From positions 11,031,918 to 11,095,917 of the forward strand of contig CM119265.1 of NCBI GenBank assembly GCA_051294375.1: 64,000 nucleotides of DNA. The letters are read 5' to 3'. Below, in pieces: positions 39,429 to 52,100 of the stretch (position 1 is the first letter of the stretch; the number at the start of each line of letters is the position of its first letter). The stretch is from Paraspadella gotoi (taxonomy: Eukaryota > Animalia > Chaetognatha). The position numbers and the translations under genes were made by a program. The notes under the pieces are model-generated. The model was not told the DNA's origin, did not search any database, and saw only the letters and a program-made list of their open reading frames with translations.

Positions 39429-42400
39429 AGAGAGATGCTTTCTGTGGTTACACAAGAGTTTCGTTAAACCGTTAATTTTTCAGAAAATTTGCTTACCGTT
39501 AAATCTAACATATTATTAAAACGTTAACCGTTAAAATTTTCACTATTAAAGCTTTCTCGTTCTCCATCTTTCTCTTTCGCCTCGTTTTTGCTTTCTTTTT
39601 TTTCTTTCTCTAATTCTCTTCCTCATTATTATTTCTAGTGTAAAACAAGTCTATTCATAAACCATGACCATAATTATAAATATAAAAAATATTAGTTTAA
39701 ATTTTAGTTTAGTTATATAGTTTATTAGTTAGTTTATGTTATTAGTTTATTGATTGAGCTATTGATCAAAAGAATTTATGATTAATAAAATTTTTTTCCA
39801 TTTTAATTAAATGTAATATCACATTGGAGGATATTTTTAGTTAGGCCTTAAATGTCTTTTTAAAGATTTCTCCTATTCTACTATTAACTTCTTATTTTTA
39901 TAATAATTTTTTATTAATTTTTTCCTTCCATCTTCGGAAAGAAAAAAGAAAAAACAAGAATTATTCATTGTTTTTTATAACAAAAAGAAAATAAGTTTTT
40001 CATTGTCAAGAAATTAAATTTGTGTAAGAAAATGTATTATCATTGCTATAAATATTAGTCATTTCGAAAATATCTCTGATGTAAATGTAAGTTGTGTTAT
40101 GTAATCCTTTCTTTCGTAATAGCTGATTAAGAGATTAACAACAGTTTGAAATAATTGGCAACAACAATTTGATTTCTCAATATGAAAACGTACCAGTTTT
40201 CGGGCTTTTTTACAAGCCTATCTTCAGCGTCAATTTATTGCGCAAATATTAACAGATATTTGTGTAAAAGATGTCGTGAGAGAGAGAGAGAAACGGCGAA
40301 ACTTTGCCCTCACCCTCTCTCTCTCTCCTCTCTCATCTCATCTCTCTCTCTCGTCTCTCTCTCCCTTTTTCTAACACAAAATCTGCTCTAATATTTCATA
40401 ACTAAATTGACGCTTAGAAAAGCTTGTTAAAAACGANNNNNNNNNNNNNNNNNNNNNNNNNAAAAAGCCGAAACATCTACGTTTTCATCTTGAAAATAAA
40501 TCGTTATGCCAATTATTTGGAGAAAGTAAAATAAAATACTGGAAGGGCAGAAAAAAAGGAGAGAAAAGAAAGGGGGGAAAGAAGGAGGGAGAAGGAGGGG
40601 AAAAGAAAGAAATAAAAAGAAAGGAACATAAGGGTATAAAGTTAGGATAAGAAAGAATAAGAGAGATTAGGATAGCAAAAAGATTGGGGTTGATAATAAA
40701 AAAGGAAAAAAATTCATTGAAAAACTGGAGAAGAGAAAGAGGGAGGAAAACTTGGTGAAAAAGGGAGAGGAGAATAAGAGAGGATAGGAAGAAAAAAATA
40801 CTTTTCTTTTAAAAAATCTAGAACAAAGTTTTGAAGAGAGATTTAACAACGATTTTTATTTCATAGTGAAACGGACATGTTTCGACTCACATACGAGTCT
40901 TCTTCAGCGCCAATTCAATTTGTGAATTTGAAGAGAATTTTGTGCATAAAGAAAGAGAGAGAGAGAGAGAGAGACAGAGCAAAGTTTCTAACACAGAGTT
41001 TGAGAGAAAAGATAGTGTTCAGTTTTTTATTAGGGACAGGTGAAGGTGAGGACAGAGATAGTTTGTGAAAAGAAATTGAAATGGAGAGAGAGAGAGAGAG
41101 ACACAGTGCTTGAAAATATAATACATTATGAAATGTACAACAAAGTTAAAATTTTGGTAAACTTTAGTAATGAATAATATCAACAATTAACTACTGTAAT
41201 GAAAGTGAAGTAAAATAGAAGTTCAGAAATGTGAAATATTAAAATACTAAAGTTTACCAAAATTTTAACTTTGCTCTCTCTCTCTCTCTCTTTTCTTTAT
41301 GCACAAAATTCTCTTCAAATTCCAAAATTGAATTGGCGCTGAAGAAGACTCGTTTATGTAGTCGAAACATGTCGTTTCACTATGAAATAAAAATCGTTGT
41401 TAATTTCTCTTCAAAACTTTGTTCTAAATCAACATCACAACGAAACAGAAAGGAAAAAACACAATGTTTTAAAAAATCAAAGATTTCCCTTAACAAATAA
41501 TAACAAAAATTGTATTTGAAAAATTAACCGAAATAACCGTTAAATAAATATATTAACGGTTAAGTTAAAATTATAATTAACCGTTTAATAACCGTTAACT
41601 TTAAAGGTGTATCGCAACTCTAGTTACACACTTAAGCTATTTTCAATGTTAAAAGCAGTGACGACACGATGACTACGTCAAAAGAAGCAAACGAATTAAC
41701 ATCTCGCCAAGTCGCATTCGCCGTCTGGCAAGATAATTATCGAAATATGAGGCTGATGATGATATTAATAATTTCTTTTTAATTATCACCCACTTACAAT
41801 TCAAAATATAGAAAAAAGAAATTATACTTTTGTGTAGACAACTTTTTTAAGCTTCCCGAATGTGATCTTAAAATAAACATCTTTAAAAAATTTAGCCATT
41901 CCTATTATTTTTATTAAATATTTAAAAATTTAATATATGGGTATAATAATATTAAAAAATATTTGTTTATTCAATTTTTTTGAGATGAAACGAAAAATTC
42001 GTTGTAATAGCAATTTTTATTTTTGTACATGTTTTCGACTCTGAGTGTTACCAGTCTTCATCAGCAAATGAATTCAATAGACCAAATTTTTAAACATTAG
42101 TTTGAGAGAGAGAGAGAAAGAGAGAAAATTTCCAACAAAGAATTGAGCAAGGATAGTGGTCAGATTGAGGACAAGGTGAAAGTAGGGAAGAGAGAGAGCA
42201 AATGATTTTTGAAAATTGGTGAAAAAAGAAAGAGAGAGAGAGAGAGCAGGAGAGAGAGAGAGAGAGAGAGAGACACAGGGATCAATACATTAGGCAATGT
42301 ACAACAGTGAAAAATTTTAGAAAAACTAAATATAACAAAAGTAATAATAAATTAATTGTTAGCTGATGATTTATAAAGAAAATGAAATAGAAGAATAAGT

Positions 42401-43158
42401 GATGAGGGATAGATAAGTTAAAGATAAGTGAAATAGTAAGGTAAGAAAAGAGAAAAAGAAAGTAAGAAAAAATGTCTAAATTTTCGTTTGAGCAGGTGTT
42501 AATTCAAATTTCTTAACCACCTTACTGAGTTAGATAACCCCTACTTTTATCATTATATTAAAATCTCATGAAAATAAATTTCACCAACTCATACTCAACC
42601 TGTTAAACTGTTGATGAGATAGAGAAACTCCACCTAATTTTAAAAGAACCAAAAGTTACTCTGCGACACCTGTGCTGGGAGCAGAACTGATTGAGTTCGT
42701 GATGAATCTTGTTGAAGATGAGGACTTTATCGTAGTCAGGGCTGTAGCTCTTGACGATCTCATGGACGACGTCCATTCGGAGGATGTTGACGACCTCGAC
42801 GCGATCGAAGAAGATCATGACGCCGCCGGAGGTGCCGCACGGAACGTTCTTCACCTCGTCCGTCTGCAGCGTCGTCTGCATCGATCGGTAGGTAGTGATG
42901 AAGGGGATCATGAGGTGGTAGCCTGGGGGGTTGGTATGGGAGGGGGGGCGAAGAAGAAAGGGAGGAGTCGACTCTCGATTTGTATTTCGAATAATTAAAA
43001 ATATTTTTCTCTTCACCAGGAGATGTGATGGAACTGAGAAGGGCGCCGCCGCGAAAGTAGACGCCCACATGACCCTCTTCGATCTTGTGGATGGAAAAGT
43101 TAAAGAGGATGGCGACCGCAGCGACGGCGACAATGATGACTGAGGCCGGGGCCGCCAT
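21322..43158 (-). CDS. ERLIN: Erlin (ER lipid raft-associated, SPFH/band-7 family), 5 exons: 43158-43017, 42922-42670, 22192-21985, 21913-21763, 21563-21322; 996 nt, 331 aa
   Basis: The spliced translation [41 protein letters not shown]...[12 protein letters not shown]...[23 protein letters not shown]...[33 protein letters not shown]...[23 protein letters not shown]...[25 protein letters not shown] matches the erlin-1/2 family as I recall it. All four introns are GT-AG with compatible phases, and the exon lengths sum to 996. Confidence 0.96.
23001..23730. repeat. 18-bp minisatellite (TCAACTTGCATCATTCTT)n, ~40 copies, preceded by (TAT)n at ~22752-22990
   Basis: Read directly from the sequence. 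It explains the periodic ORFs at 23006-23797. Confidence 0.95.
23911..26113 (+). mobile_element. Second copy of the same miniature LTR element; 5' LTR (23911-24104 plus 25655-25696) interrupted by a 1.5-kb insertion; 3' LTR 25880-26113
   Basis: TSD CTTT (23907-10 and 26114-17), PBS TGGTGAGCCCGAC at 25698, PPT at ~25866-25876. The empty site atcataCTTTctttccc is at ~31888-31903. Confidence 0.9.
24105..25650. mobile_element. Non-autonomous DNA element nested in the 5' LTR; diverged relative in opposite orientation at ~3150-4760
   Basis: TGAA is duplicated on both sides. It has imperfect ~16-bp TIRs (ggctccacgtacgatc / gatcgtaagcagaggc), an internal palindrome at 24921-24963 and a CT-rich core; similar features occur at ~3860-3910 and 4020-4380. 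Confidence 0.65.
27070..27138 (+). promoter_or_regulatory. tRNA-Gly-derived head with Pol III A/B boxes inside the LTR (in every LTR copy; 5'-truncated in the solo copies)
   Basis: Acceptor-like stem CGGCCAT/GTGGTCG, A-box-like TGGTGCCGGAGG, anticodon-loop-like TCGCCTCCCA (TCGCCTGCCA in the 1-kb copy; Gly CCC/GCC), and T-arm CCGGG-GTTCTAG-CCCGG (B box). Confidence 0.7.
27142..27218 (+). ncRNA. Predicted twister ribozyme, circularly permuted type P5 (5' LTR); equivalents at 27559-27632, 25986-26062, 24018-24095 and, on the minus strand, ~1025-1098 and ~5747-5822
   Basis: Element order: P5 GGCAGUU, AA, P2' GAGG, GA, T1' CGGG, GCGC, U^AA, P2 CCC, GC, P3 CUGUAAC/GUUACAG, P4 CCUGA/UCAGG with loop UCCGAAGC, P5' GACUGCU. 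The loop matches the twister L4 pattern (4-nt T1, AA, GC for T2). The CGGA variant in the 1-kb copy keeps T1 pairing. Confidence 0.75.
30230..30271 (-). ncRNA. Minimal type I hammerhead ribozyme motif (duplicate 39270-39311; degenerate inverted partner 30454-30495 on +)
   Basis: GACG-CUGAAGA-AGGCUU.GUAAA.AAGCC-GAAAC-AU-GUA-CGUU, with palindromic ACAUGU as stem III. Confidence 0.75.
30863..30904 (-). ncRNA. Minimal type I hammerhead ribozyme motif (duplicate 40870-40911)
   Basis: GGCG-CUGAAGA-AGACUC.GUAUGU.GAGUC-GAAAC-AU-GUC-CGUU. Confidence 0.78.
31522..31562 (+). ncRNA. Minimal type I hammerhead motif, inverted partner of 30863-30904 (duplicate 41335-41376)
   Basis: GGCG-CUGAAGA-AGACUC..GAGUC-GAAAC-AU-GUC-GUU, followed by AATAAA. 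Confidence 0.72.
37837..41622. mobile_element. Relative of the AACCGTT hAT-like MITE, with nested Penelope-like and hAT insertions (left-end duplicate at 29552)
   Basis: CAGAG...CTCTA ends, 8-bp TSD GTTACACA, and AACCGTT subterminal repeats at both ends. Confidence 0.75.
38209..38949. mobile_element. hAT-like non-autonomous insertion (related end at ~11737)
   Basis: TAGG...CCTA(C) ends with 8-bp TSD GCCTTAAT. The empty site is at ~29911 in the duplicate. Confidence 0.8.
42022..42068 (-). ncRNA. Minimal type I hammerhead motif in a ~490-bp Penelope-like insertion (~41981-42470)
   Basis: UUUG-CUGAUGA-AGACU..AGUC-GAAAAC-AU-GUA-CAAA. The insertion interrupts sequence that is contiguous at ~6410-6430. 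Confidence 0.7.
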
Positions 43159-43188
43159 GGTGATTGATGGAGGTAAAGGCAACGAACG

Positions 43189-43270
<82 letters not shown>

Positions 43271-43451
43271 TATAATATTTCGCGCGCGTGGGCGCGTTTT
43301 AAGTCCAATTCTTTGAGTTACTCAGTATTTTTTCTAAAGAGCATGATAAAGATTTGTAGACTAGAGAGATCCAACTAAAAACCAAACTAAAACGAGTCTA
43401 TAACTAATAACTGGGTTTTGAGTTTCAACAACGATCTGTCATTTCGTCATC

Positions 43452-46102
43452 TCAACCCCCGATCCTGTTCTGGGTCAAGGGGATCACGATCCTGTCAGCC
43501 CAAAAGGATCTTCTAGGAGCGTCGCTTCCCGGGGGCAGCGTCGCCAGAAAGACGGCAACGTCGTCGCCCACGTCGGGATGCCGCGTTTCTTGAAGGAGTC
43601 GGAAGGGCCATTTTGTTTACATTAAAACTTAGTATTTTCAGTAGTCTGGTGGTCTCGCATGCCTGGTAATATCCGTATCGCAAAATCCAGACAACAGGCG
43701 CTGAAGATATCATCATTGTTTGGATGCTGAGGGGTTGAAGAAAAGAAAAAGAATCGAGATCATTAAGGATTTCGATTTTTAATTTGAATTCTCTTCGTCG
43801 CACACCTGGACGTCGTACTCGCGCTGGTGAACGGGTGCGAGAACAGTCATACCCAACTTGGAAACATCGTAGGCACAATCGTGCCAGGGTTCGTCGCCCA
43901 CCTTGGTCGACTCCACGAATTCCAACATCGAACGTTAATTCGGGAGAGTTGAACCGATGCTGAAAAAGAAATAAGAAATATTCATCTCTGCTTCTCTATC
44001 GTTCAGTTTCCTTATTTCTTTTTTATCTCGCCAAGGAATCTCTCTTTTAATAATATGTCATGCTCTCTCTCTCTTTTTCTCCGACGCTGCTGCTTCTGAT
44101 TCCAGCGGCTGTCAGGCTTCTCTCTATCTCTCTTTTAATTATATGTCGCTCTCTCTTTCTCTCTTTTTTCTTCTGAATAGGGGTTGCCCCTCTCAATGGG
44201 GTGAATCAAAAATTTAGTATGGGAACATGCTCAAACGAAAATTTATGCATTTTTAAGTATACTTTCAATGTATAAAAAATTTCTTATATGGCTCTATGCC
44301 CAAATATTTATTTTTTAATATTTATTTATAGAAAGGAAAAGAGTTTGGCCCTCCTTAGATTCGTCGAAAAACGAGTTCAGCTCTGCAGCGGTAGTCCAGC
44401 TTCTCTCTATCTTCTCTCTCTGCTGCTTCTCTCTGATTATTAGTCGGTTCTGCTTATCAGCAGATCCCGACTCTATAATTCACTTTGTCAGTCCATCGGT
44501 CGTATCGGTCCGCCCCCTCAATATTGTCGGGAACTAACTTATATCATGTCAGAACATCGAATTATGATAAAATTATGCAAAAAAAATGATGTCCGTGCCG
44601 TCCGATTCGTCCCACTTTAGCAAAAAAACCAAATTACTCGTGATTGGATGGATGGATTTGAATGAAATTTGTGTGTGTGGGTAGGGAAGTGTGTGATTGA
44701 GCTGGATATAAAGTTTCGATGGAATCGTCCAAGTGGAAAATGAGTTATTAATAAATGGAAAAATGGAAACAAAAAACCTGATTTCACTACTAATTGATTA
44801 TGATTTTTTTCCCTTTTAATTAAATGTATATGCAGGATGTATTTAATAAATCAAATAATTAATCAGTTAATTAATCAATTAATACAATAATTAATTAATC
44901 AATCAATCAATGTCTCAATCCGTCCCACCTTAAGCAAAAAAGCCCAATAACTCGTGATTGGCTGGTTGGATCGGAATGAAATTTTGTGTAGATGTGTGAT
45001 GAAGCTGGATATAAAGTTTCGACGGAATCGTGTGAGTGGATATGAGTTTTAAATGGAAAAAACATAAGTTGCATTTACTAAAAATCTTTTTACTTTTTTA
45101 ACCAATAAATACTCTAATTAATCATAATTGGATGGATAGATTGAGTTCAAATTTTTGTGTGTGGGTAGGAAAATGTGTGACGAAGCTTGATAATAGAATT
45201 TCGGTACTAGTGGAAAAGAGTTTAAATGAAAAAAATATGAGTCACATTTACTTGACTCTTTTTACTTATTTTAACCCATAATAGATTGAGATTAAATTTT
45301 GTGAGCGGGAAGGAAAGTTTGTGAAGAAGCTAGATATAAAGTTTTTGACGGAATTGTGCCAGTGGAAATGAGTTAAATGGAAAAAATATAAGTCACATTT
45401 ACTTTATTTTAAGGACATCGATGATGATAAGCTTATAATTAATTTATAATTATTATAAATTAATAATTAATTAATCGATAATTAATTAATTAATTTTCGT
45501 AGGCAGAATCGACATCGTTTGCTCAAACTTGTTTTTTCTTCTGAATAGGGGTAGCACAGTGATCAAACAAATCGGACTAAATTTCTGGATAAACCTCTCG
45601 TTTTTAGCAAAAGCAACTTTTTCTCGTATGCTGATTATCATCGCATCAATGAATGACTATCATCGTATCAATGAATGATTATCATCACATTAATGAATGA
45701 CTATCATCGCATCAATCATTTGGTTATCATCACATCAATCATTTTGTTATCATCATATTAATCATTTGGTTATCATCGCATCAATAATCAACTACTTGCA
45801 GGCTCGATCCTTATGCTTTAAAGATTTTTTTGTTCGAATTTCCACTTCATTATATAATGCATATTGCAAATTAGATTATAGTACTTTTTCATTAATTTTT
45901 CATTAATTTTTTTGATACTATACCATCGAAGGAACGGAATCGAAATCAAATCGGAATCAAATCGGAATCGAATCGGATCAGCGACTCGAGTGATTTCAAC
46001 CAAGGACTCGATGATTGGATGAATCACCATCGGAATCTGACCAATGAGAAGAGGGGCTTCATGCCATCGGGAAAAAGAGCCCACGTCGTTGATCCGGTTG
46101 CC
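43452..46102 (-). CDS. 3' exons of an unidentified multi-exon gene (46102-46001, 43959-43806, 43726-43663, 43588-43452), with one apparent +1 frameshift; may be a pseudogene
   Basis: GC-rich exon islands with polypyrimidine-AG acceptors give phase-compatible splicing (one GC donor at 43662) and the peptide GNRINDVGSFSRWHEAPLLIGQIPMVIHPIIESL/HRFNSPEL(fs)RSMLEFVESTKVGDEPWHDCAYDVSKLGMTVLAPVHQREYDVQ/HPNNDDIFSACCLDFAIRILP/ETRHPDVGDDVAVFLATLPPGSDAPRRSFWADRIVIPLTQNRIGG*. A more disrupted second copy lies at ~48597-51431. Confidence 0.6.
44441..45410 (+). mobile_element. Representative of the dominant interspersed family (Helentron-associated/DINE-like); other copies at ~12360-12575, 13365-13860, 19790-20030, 26118-26720, 46243, 47570, 49582, 51691, 52144
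   Basis: Shared terminal palindrome TAGTCGGATCTGCTTATCAGCAGATCCCGACT, a (GTCC)n microsatellite and tandem ~120-bp core units. The class is inferred from these hallmarks only. Confidence 0.6.
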
Positions 46103-49100
46103 CTGTATAAATAGGAAACGTTTTTGCATTGAATTCATTCTGTCTCACACCGTTCTTCGCTTGTTATATTTCTCATTTTTTCATCCTTTCTATTTTTTAT
46201 CTTTCTTTCTTTCAATTTTTCTATCTTTCTTTCTTCAATTTTTAGTCGGATCTGCTTATCAGCAGATTCCGACTCTATAATTCATTTTGTCGGTGCGGTA
46301 AATCATTTTTATCACATCAGAACATCATATTATGATAAGTTAAGCAAATTGAAATTTTTGGTTCCAAATGGAACCGGGATTCTTCATGGCTCCTCTCCAC
46401 CACGCAGATGCTCTTTTGTTCCAGATGTCGTGTGTCCACAAGAAATACAAAAGAGAAAAGCAGGAGTAGAGACGCAATGCAAGCTAAAAGCTGAAAGAGA
46501 GTTCCACCGAGGCGAAAAAAAATATTATTGATTTCAGCCCATCTGAATATTTTTTTTATTCCCTGAATCTTTACAGAAGTTATCCTAAAAAATCTATGCA
46601 AAATTGTTACAGGCTATCGAGATACAGTAAAATACAGTGAATAATTTAAAAATCCATTACCCTTAAATATTATTGGAACTAAACTTTGCCATTGCGTAAA
46701 AAAACATTTCAATCAATTTTTGTCAATTTCTGAATTTCTGGCTGGGATTCTGTTTTCACATCTATTTTTTTTTCACTTTGACAAAGTACTTTTTTTTCAT
46801 ATTCATTAAAAAAAAAAAAAAAAAAGTAAGTCTTTCTTAATAACCTTTTGAATCATAATAACCACATATAGTTATAAGCGTTTTAAACCTGAAAGAAAAA
46901 TTATATATTATGTATATTTTTTTAAAAGATTATTTCTTTTTACTGCAATATGCAAATGAGCTTATTGCATTTTTTGCTTTTTATAACAGAGCATTTGGAA
47001 AACTTTTAAGAAATCTAACGCATGATCTTTAATGGAATAAAAAATATATTTGAAAACTTTTAGGGTAACAAATAGATGAATTTAAACTTATGAATATTAA
47101 AAAAATAATTCATCATTGAGTATCCATCAATCCATAAAAAGTTAATTATTAGTAAAGCTTTTAAAAAAAAAAAAAGAAAAACAAGAAAGAGACTCAGAAG
47201 GTCACACATTTGGATGTCACTGTGTAAAGGTTGAAATTAATTAAAAGAAAAGGAGAGAGAGAAAGAGATTGAATGATAGAAAGAATCTTTGGCAGAAATA
47301 CAAGTAATGAACATAATTAAATCTAATAAAAAAAGATGGAAAATCAAAGCCAAAGAATGAATCGTCTCATAATCCAATTAGGAAAAATTCTGTACTAATT
47401 TAAGAGCTTTCAGCATAACCAATCAATCAATCAATCAATTAAAAATTATTCAATCAATCTCTCTCTCTCTCTCTCTCTCCCTCTCTCTCTTTTTGTTTGT
47501 GTCTTTTTATTATCTCTCTCTCTTTCTTGTAGATACACATTTATAATGTTCATCTTATTAACAATTATTAGTCAGATCAGCTTTCAGCAGATCCCGACTC
47601 TATAATTGACTTTGTCAGTCCGTCGGTCCGTCCCCTCAATATTGTCGGGCACTCACTTATATCATGTCAGAACATCGAATTATGATAAAGGCCAGAGAGA
47701 TATTAGAGTGGCCTTGGGTTTGTTTCCTCAGGGAACAATACCTGAGCCAGCTAACACGAGATCAATCCTATTATCTTCCCAACCTATGATACGCCAATGA
47801 CCCGGCACAGTCAGCAATGCCTTTCCTTCACGAGACCGTCCCAACTGAGCAAAAAACTCCAATTACTCGTGATTGGATGGATGGGAATGGTATGAAATTT
47901 TGTGTGTGAGTAGGAAACAGTGTGATTGAGATGGATATGAGTTTCGATGGAATCGTGCAAGGGGAAATTGGTTTAAATGGAAAAAACAAAAAAATATATT
48001 TCACTATTTGAACACCAATTGCTCATGAGTGGATAGGGCAATTGACTTGAAATTTTGTATGATGGTAGGAAAGTGTGTGATTGAGCTGGATATATAGTTT
48101 CGATAGAATCGTGCGAGTGGAAATGAGTTAAAATGGAAAAAACAAAAGTCATATTTACTTGAAGTATTTTTACATAAATTTACTCATAATTATTATGTTT
48201 ATTAAAAATTGGATAGATAAATTGAAATGGAATTTTGTGTGTGGGTAGGAAAGTATGTGATAAAGCTGGATATAAATTTTTTGATGGAATCGTAGGAGTG
48301 GAAAAGAGTTCAAATTAGAAAACCAAAAGACACAATTTATTTGATTTTTTTAAAGTTCTCTCTCTCTATCTCTGATTGATTGATTGATTGACCAAATTAG
48401 CCAATTGACAAAAAATATGCCAGTTGACCAAATTATGCCAGTTGACCAAATTATGCCAGTTGACCAAATTATGCCAGTTGACGCAAATTATGTCAGTTGG
48501 AGACCAGAAACATCGTNNNNNNNNNNNNNNNNNNNNNNNNNTATAACTAATAACTGGGTTTTGAGTTTCAAACAACGATCTGTCATTTCGTTCATTCTCA
48601 ACCCCCGATCCTGTTCTGGTCAAGGGATCACGATCCTGTCAGCCCAAAGATCTTCTAGGAGCGTCGCTTCCCGGGGGCAGCGTCGCCAGAAAGACGAGCA
48701 ACGTCGTCGCCCACGTCGGGATGCGCGTTTCTTGAAGAGTCGGAAGGCCATTTTGTTTACATTAAAACTTAGTATTTTCAGTAGTCTGTGGTCTCGCATG
48801 CCTAGTAATATCCGTATCGCAAAATCCAGACAACAGGCGCTGAAGATATCATCATTGTTTGATGCTGAGGGTTGAAGAAAAGAAAAAGATCGAGATCATT
48901 AAGGATTTCGATTTTTAATTTGAATTCTCTTCGTCGCACACCTGGACGTCGTACTCGCGCGGTGAACAGGTGCGAGGACAGTCACACCCAACTTGGAAAC
49001 ATCGTAGGCACAATCGTCGCCCACCTTGGTCGACTCCACGAATTCCAACATCGAACGTTAATTCGGGAGAGTTGAACCGATGCTGAAAAAGAAATAAGAA

Positions 49101-52100
49101 ATATTCAATTATTCATCTCTGCTTCTCTAATATCTCTATCGTTCAGTTTCCTTATTTCTTTTTTATCTCGCCAAGGAATCTCTCTTTTAATAATATGTCA
49201 TGCTCTCTCTCTCTTTTTCTCCGCACGCTGCTGCCTTCTGATTCCAGCGGCTGTCAGGCTTCTCTCTATCTCTCTTTTAATTTATAGTCGCTCTCTCTTT
49301 CTCTCTTTTTCTTCTGAATAGGGGTTGCCCCTCTTCAATGGGGTGAATCAAAAATTTAGTATGGGAACATGCTCAAACGAAAAATTTATGCATTTTTAAG
49401 TATACTTTCAATGTATAAAAAATTTCTTATATGGCTTCTATGCCCAAAATATTTATTTTTTAATATTTATTTATAGAAAGGAAAGAGTTTGGCCCTCCTT
49501 AGATTCGTCGAAAAACGAGTTCAGCTCTGCAGCGGTAGTCCAGCTTCTCTCTTCATCTTCCTCTCTCTCTCTCTCTGATTATTAGTCGTTCTGCTTATCA
49601 GCAGATCCCGACTCTATAATTCACTTTGTCAGTCCATCGGTCCATCGGTCCGCCCCCTCAATATTGTCGGGAACTAACTTATATCATGTCAGAACATCGA
49701 ATTATGATAAAATTATGCAAAAAAAATGATGTCCGTCCGTCCATTCGTCCACTTTTAGCAAAAAACACCAAATTACTCGTGATTGGATGGATGGATTTGA
49801 ATGAAATTTGGGTGGGTTAGGGAAGTGTGTGATTGAGCTGGATATAAAGTTTCGATGGAATCGTCCAAGTGAAAATGAGTTTAAATGGAAAAAAACAAAA
49901 AAAATATAATTACTATTTGAACACCAATGCTCATGAGTGGATGGGGCGATTGACCTGGAATTTTGTATCGAGTAGAAAGGTGTGTGGAAACAAGAAACCA
50001 AGTTTCGATGGAATCGTTTGAGTGGAAATGAGTTTAAATGGAAAAAACCAAAAAAACCTGTTTCACTAATTGATTATGATTTTTTTTCCCTTTTATATTA
50101 AATGTATATGCAGGATGTATTAATAATCAAATAATTAATCAGTTAATTAATCAATTAGTCAATTAATTAATCATTAATTAATCAATCAGTCAATCAATCC
50201 GTCCCACCTTAAGCAAAAAAGCCCAATAACTCGTGATTGGCTGGTTGGATCGGAATGAAATTTTGTGATGTGTGATGAAGCTGGATATAAAGTTTCGACG
50301 GAATCGTGTGAGTGGATATGAGTTTTAAATGGAAAAACATAAGTTGCATTTACTAAAATCTTTTTACTTATTTTAACCAATAAATACTCTAATTAATCAT
50401 AATTGGATGGATAGAATTGAGTTCAAATTTTGTGTGTGGGTAGGAAAATGTGTGACGCAAGCTTGATATAAAGTTTCGTACTAGTGGAAAAGAGTTTAAA
50501 TGAAAAAAATATGAGTCACATTTACTTGAACTCTTTTTACTTATTTTAACCCATAATAGATTTGAGATTAAATTTTGTGAGCGGGAAGGAAAGTTTGTGA
50601 AGAAGCTAGATATAAAGTTTTGACGGAATTGTGCCAGTGGAAATGAGTTTAAATGGAAAAAATATAAGTCACATTTACTTTATTTTTAAGGACATCGATG
50701 ATGATAAGCTATATATAAATTTATAATTATTAAAATTAATAATTAATTAATCGATTAATTAATTAATTAATTTTCGTAGGGCAGATCGACATCGTTTGCT
50801 CAAACTTGTTTTTTCTTCTGAATAGGGGTAGCACAGTGATCCAAATGGACTAAATTTCTGGATAAACCTCTCGTTTTTAGCAAAAACAACTTTTTTCTCG
50901 TATGCTCCTTATCATCGCATCAATGGAATGACTATCATCGTATCAATGAATGCATTATCATCACATTAATGAATGACTATCATCGGCATCAATCATTTGG
51001 TTATCATCACATCAATTCATTTTGTATCATCATATTAATCATTTGTTATCATCGCATCATTATTGGTTATCATCGCTCAATATTTGGTATCATCGCATCA
51101 ATAATTGGTACCATCGCATCAATAATCAACTACTTGGCAGGGCTCGCATCCTTATGCTTTAAAGATTTTTTTGTTCGAATTTTCCCACTTCATTATATAA
51201 TGCATATTGCAAATTAGATTATAGTACTTTTTCATTAATTTTTTTGATACTATACCATCGAAGGAACGGAATCGAAATCAAATCAGAATCAAATTGGAAT
51301 CGAATCGGATCAGCGACTCGAGTGATTTCCACCAAGGACTCGATGATTGAATCACCATCGGAATCTGACCAATGAGAAGAGGGGCTTCATGCCATCGGGA
51401 AAAGGAGCCAAGTCGTTGATCCCGGTTGCCCTGTATAAATAGGAACGTTTTTGTATTGAATTCATTCTGTCTCACACCGTTCTTCGCTTGTTATATTTCT
51501 CAGAATAAATCACTTTTGTTTCATGTTGAATCTCTGTCTACTTACTTAAATGATACCTTGGCGAGATCCTTATACTTTTAAGATTTTTTTTTATATTTTT
51601 ATTTCCTTATCATTTTTTCCTTTCTTATTTCATCCTTTCTATTTTTTATCTTTCTTTCTTTCAATTTTTCTACTTTCTTTCTTTAAATTTTAGTCGGATC
51701 TGCTTATCAGCAGATTCCGACTCTATAATTCATTTTGTCGGTGCATAAAACATTTTATCACATCAGAACATTCATATTATGATAGTTAAGCAAAAAAAAA
51801 AAAAAAATGTCCGTCCGTCCCCCTTTGCAAAAAAACTCCAATTACTCGTAATTGGATGGATGGATTGGATTGAAATTTTGTGTGTGGTTAGGAAAGTGTA
51901 TGATTGAGCTGGATATAAAGTTTCGATGGAATCGTGCGAGTGGAAATGAGTTTAAATGGGAAAAACATAAGTCACTTTATTTGAATCTTTCGATAGATTC
52001 TAATTACAATTTATCGACGTGGACCAATAAATCTGTCTAGTCTTGCACTTTTAGTTCTTTAGATATCTCGAAATCTTTAGTTTTAAGAAACTATTTGGTA

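Larger units (their letters stand above)
22231..42543. mobile_element. Same family as 5897-6485, expanded to 20.3 kb by nested insertions and duplication; fills erlin intron 2
   Basis: It starts TAGAAATCTACTATG and ends CCCCTA, with 7-bp TSD CTTTTAT (22224-30 and 42544-50). Segments ~22540-22620 and ~41790-42543 align to the 589-bp copy. Confidence 0.8.
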
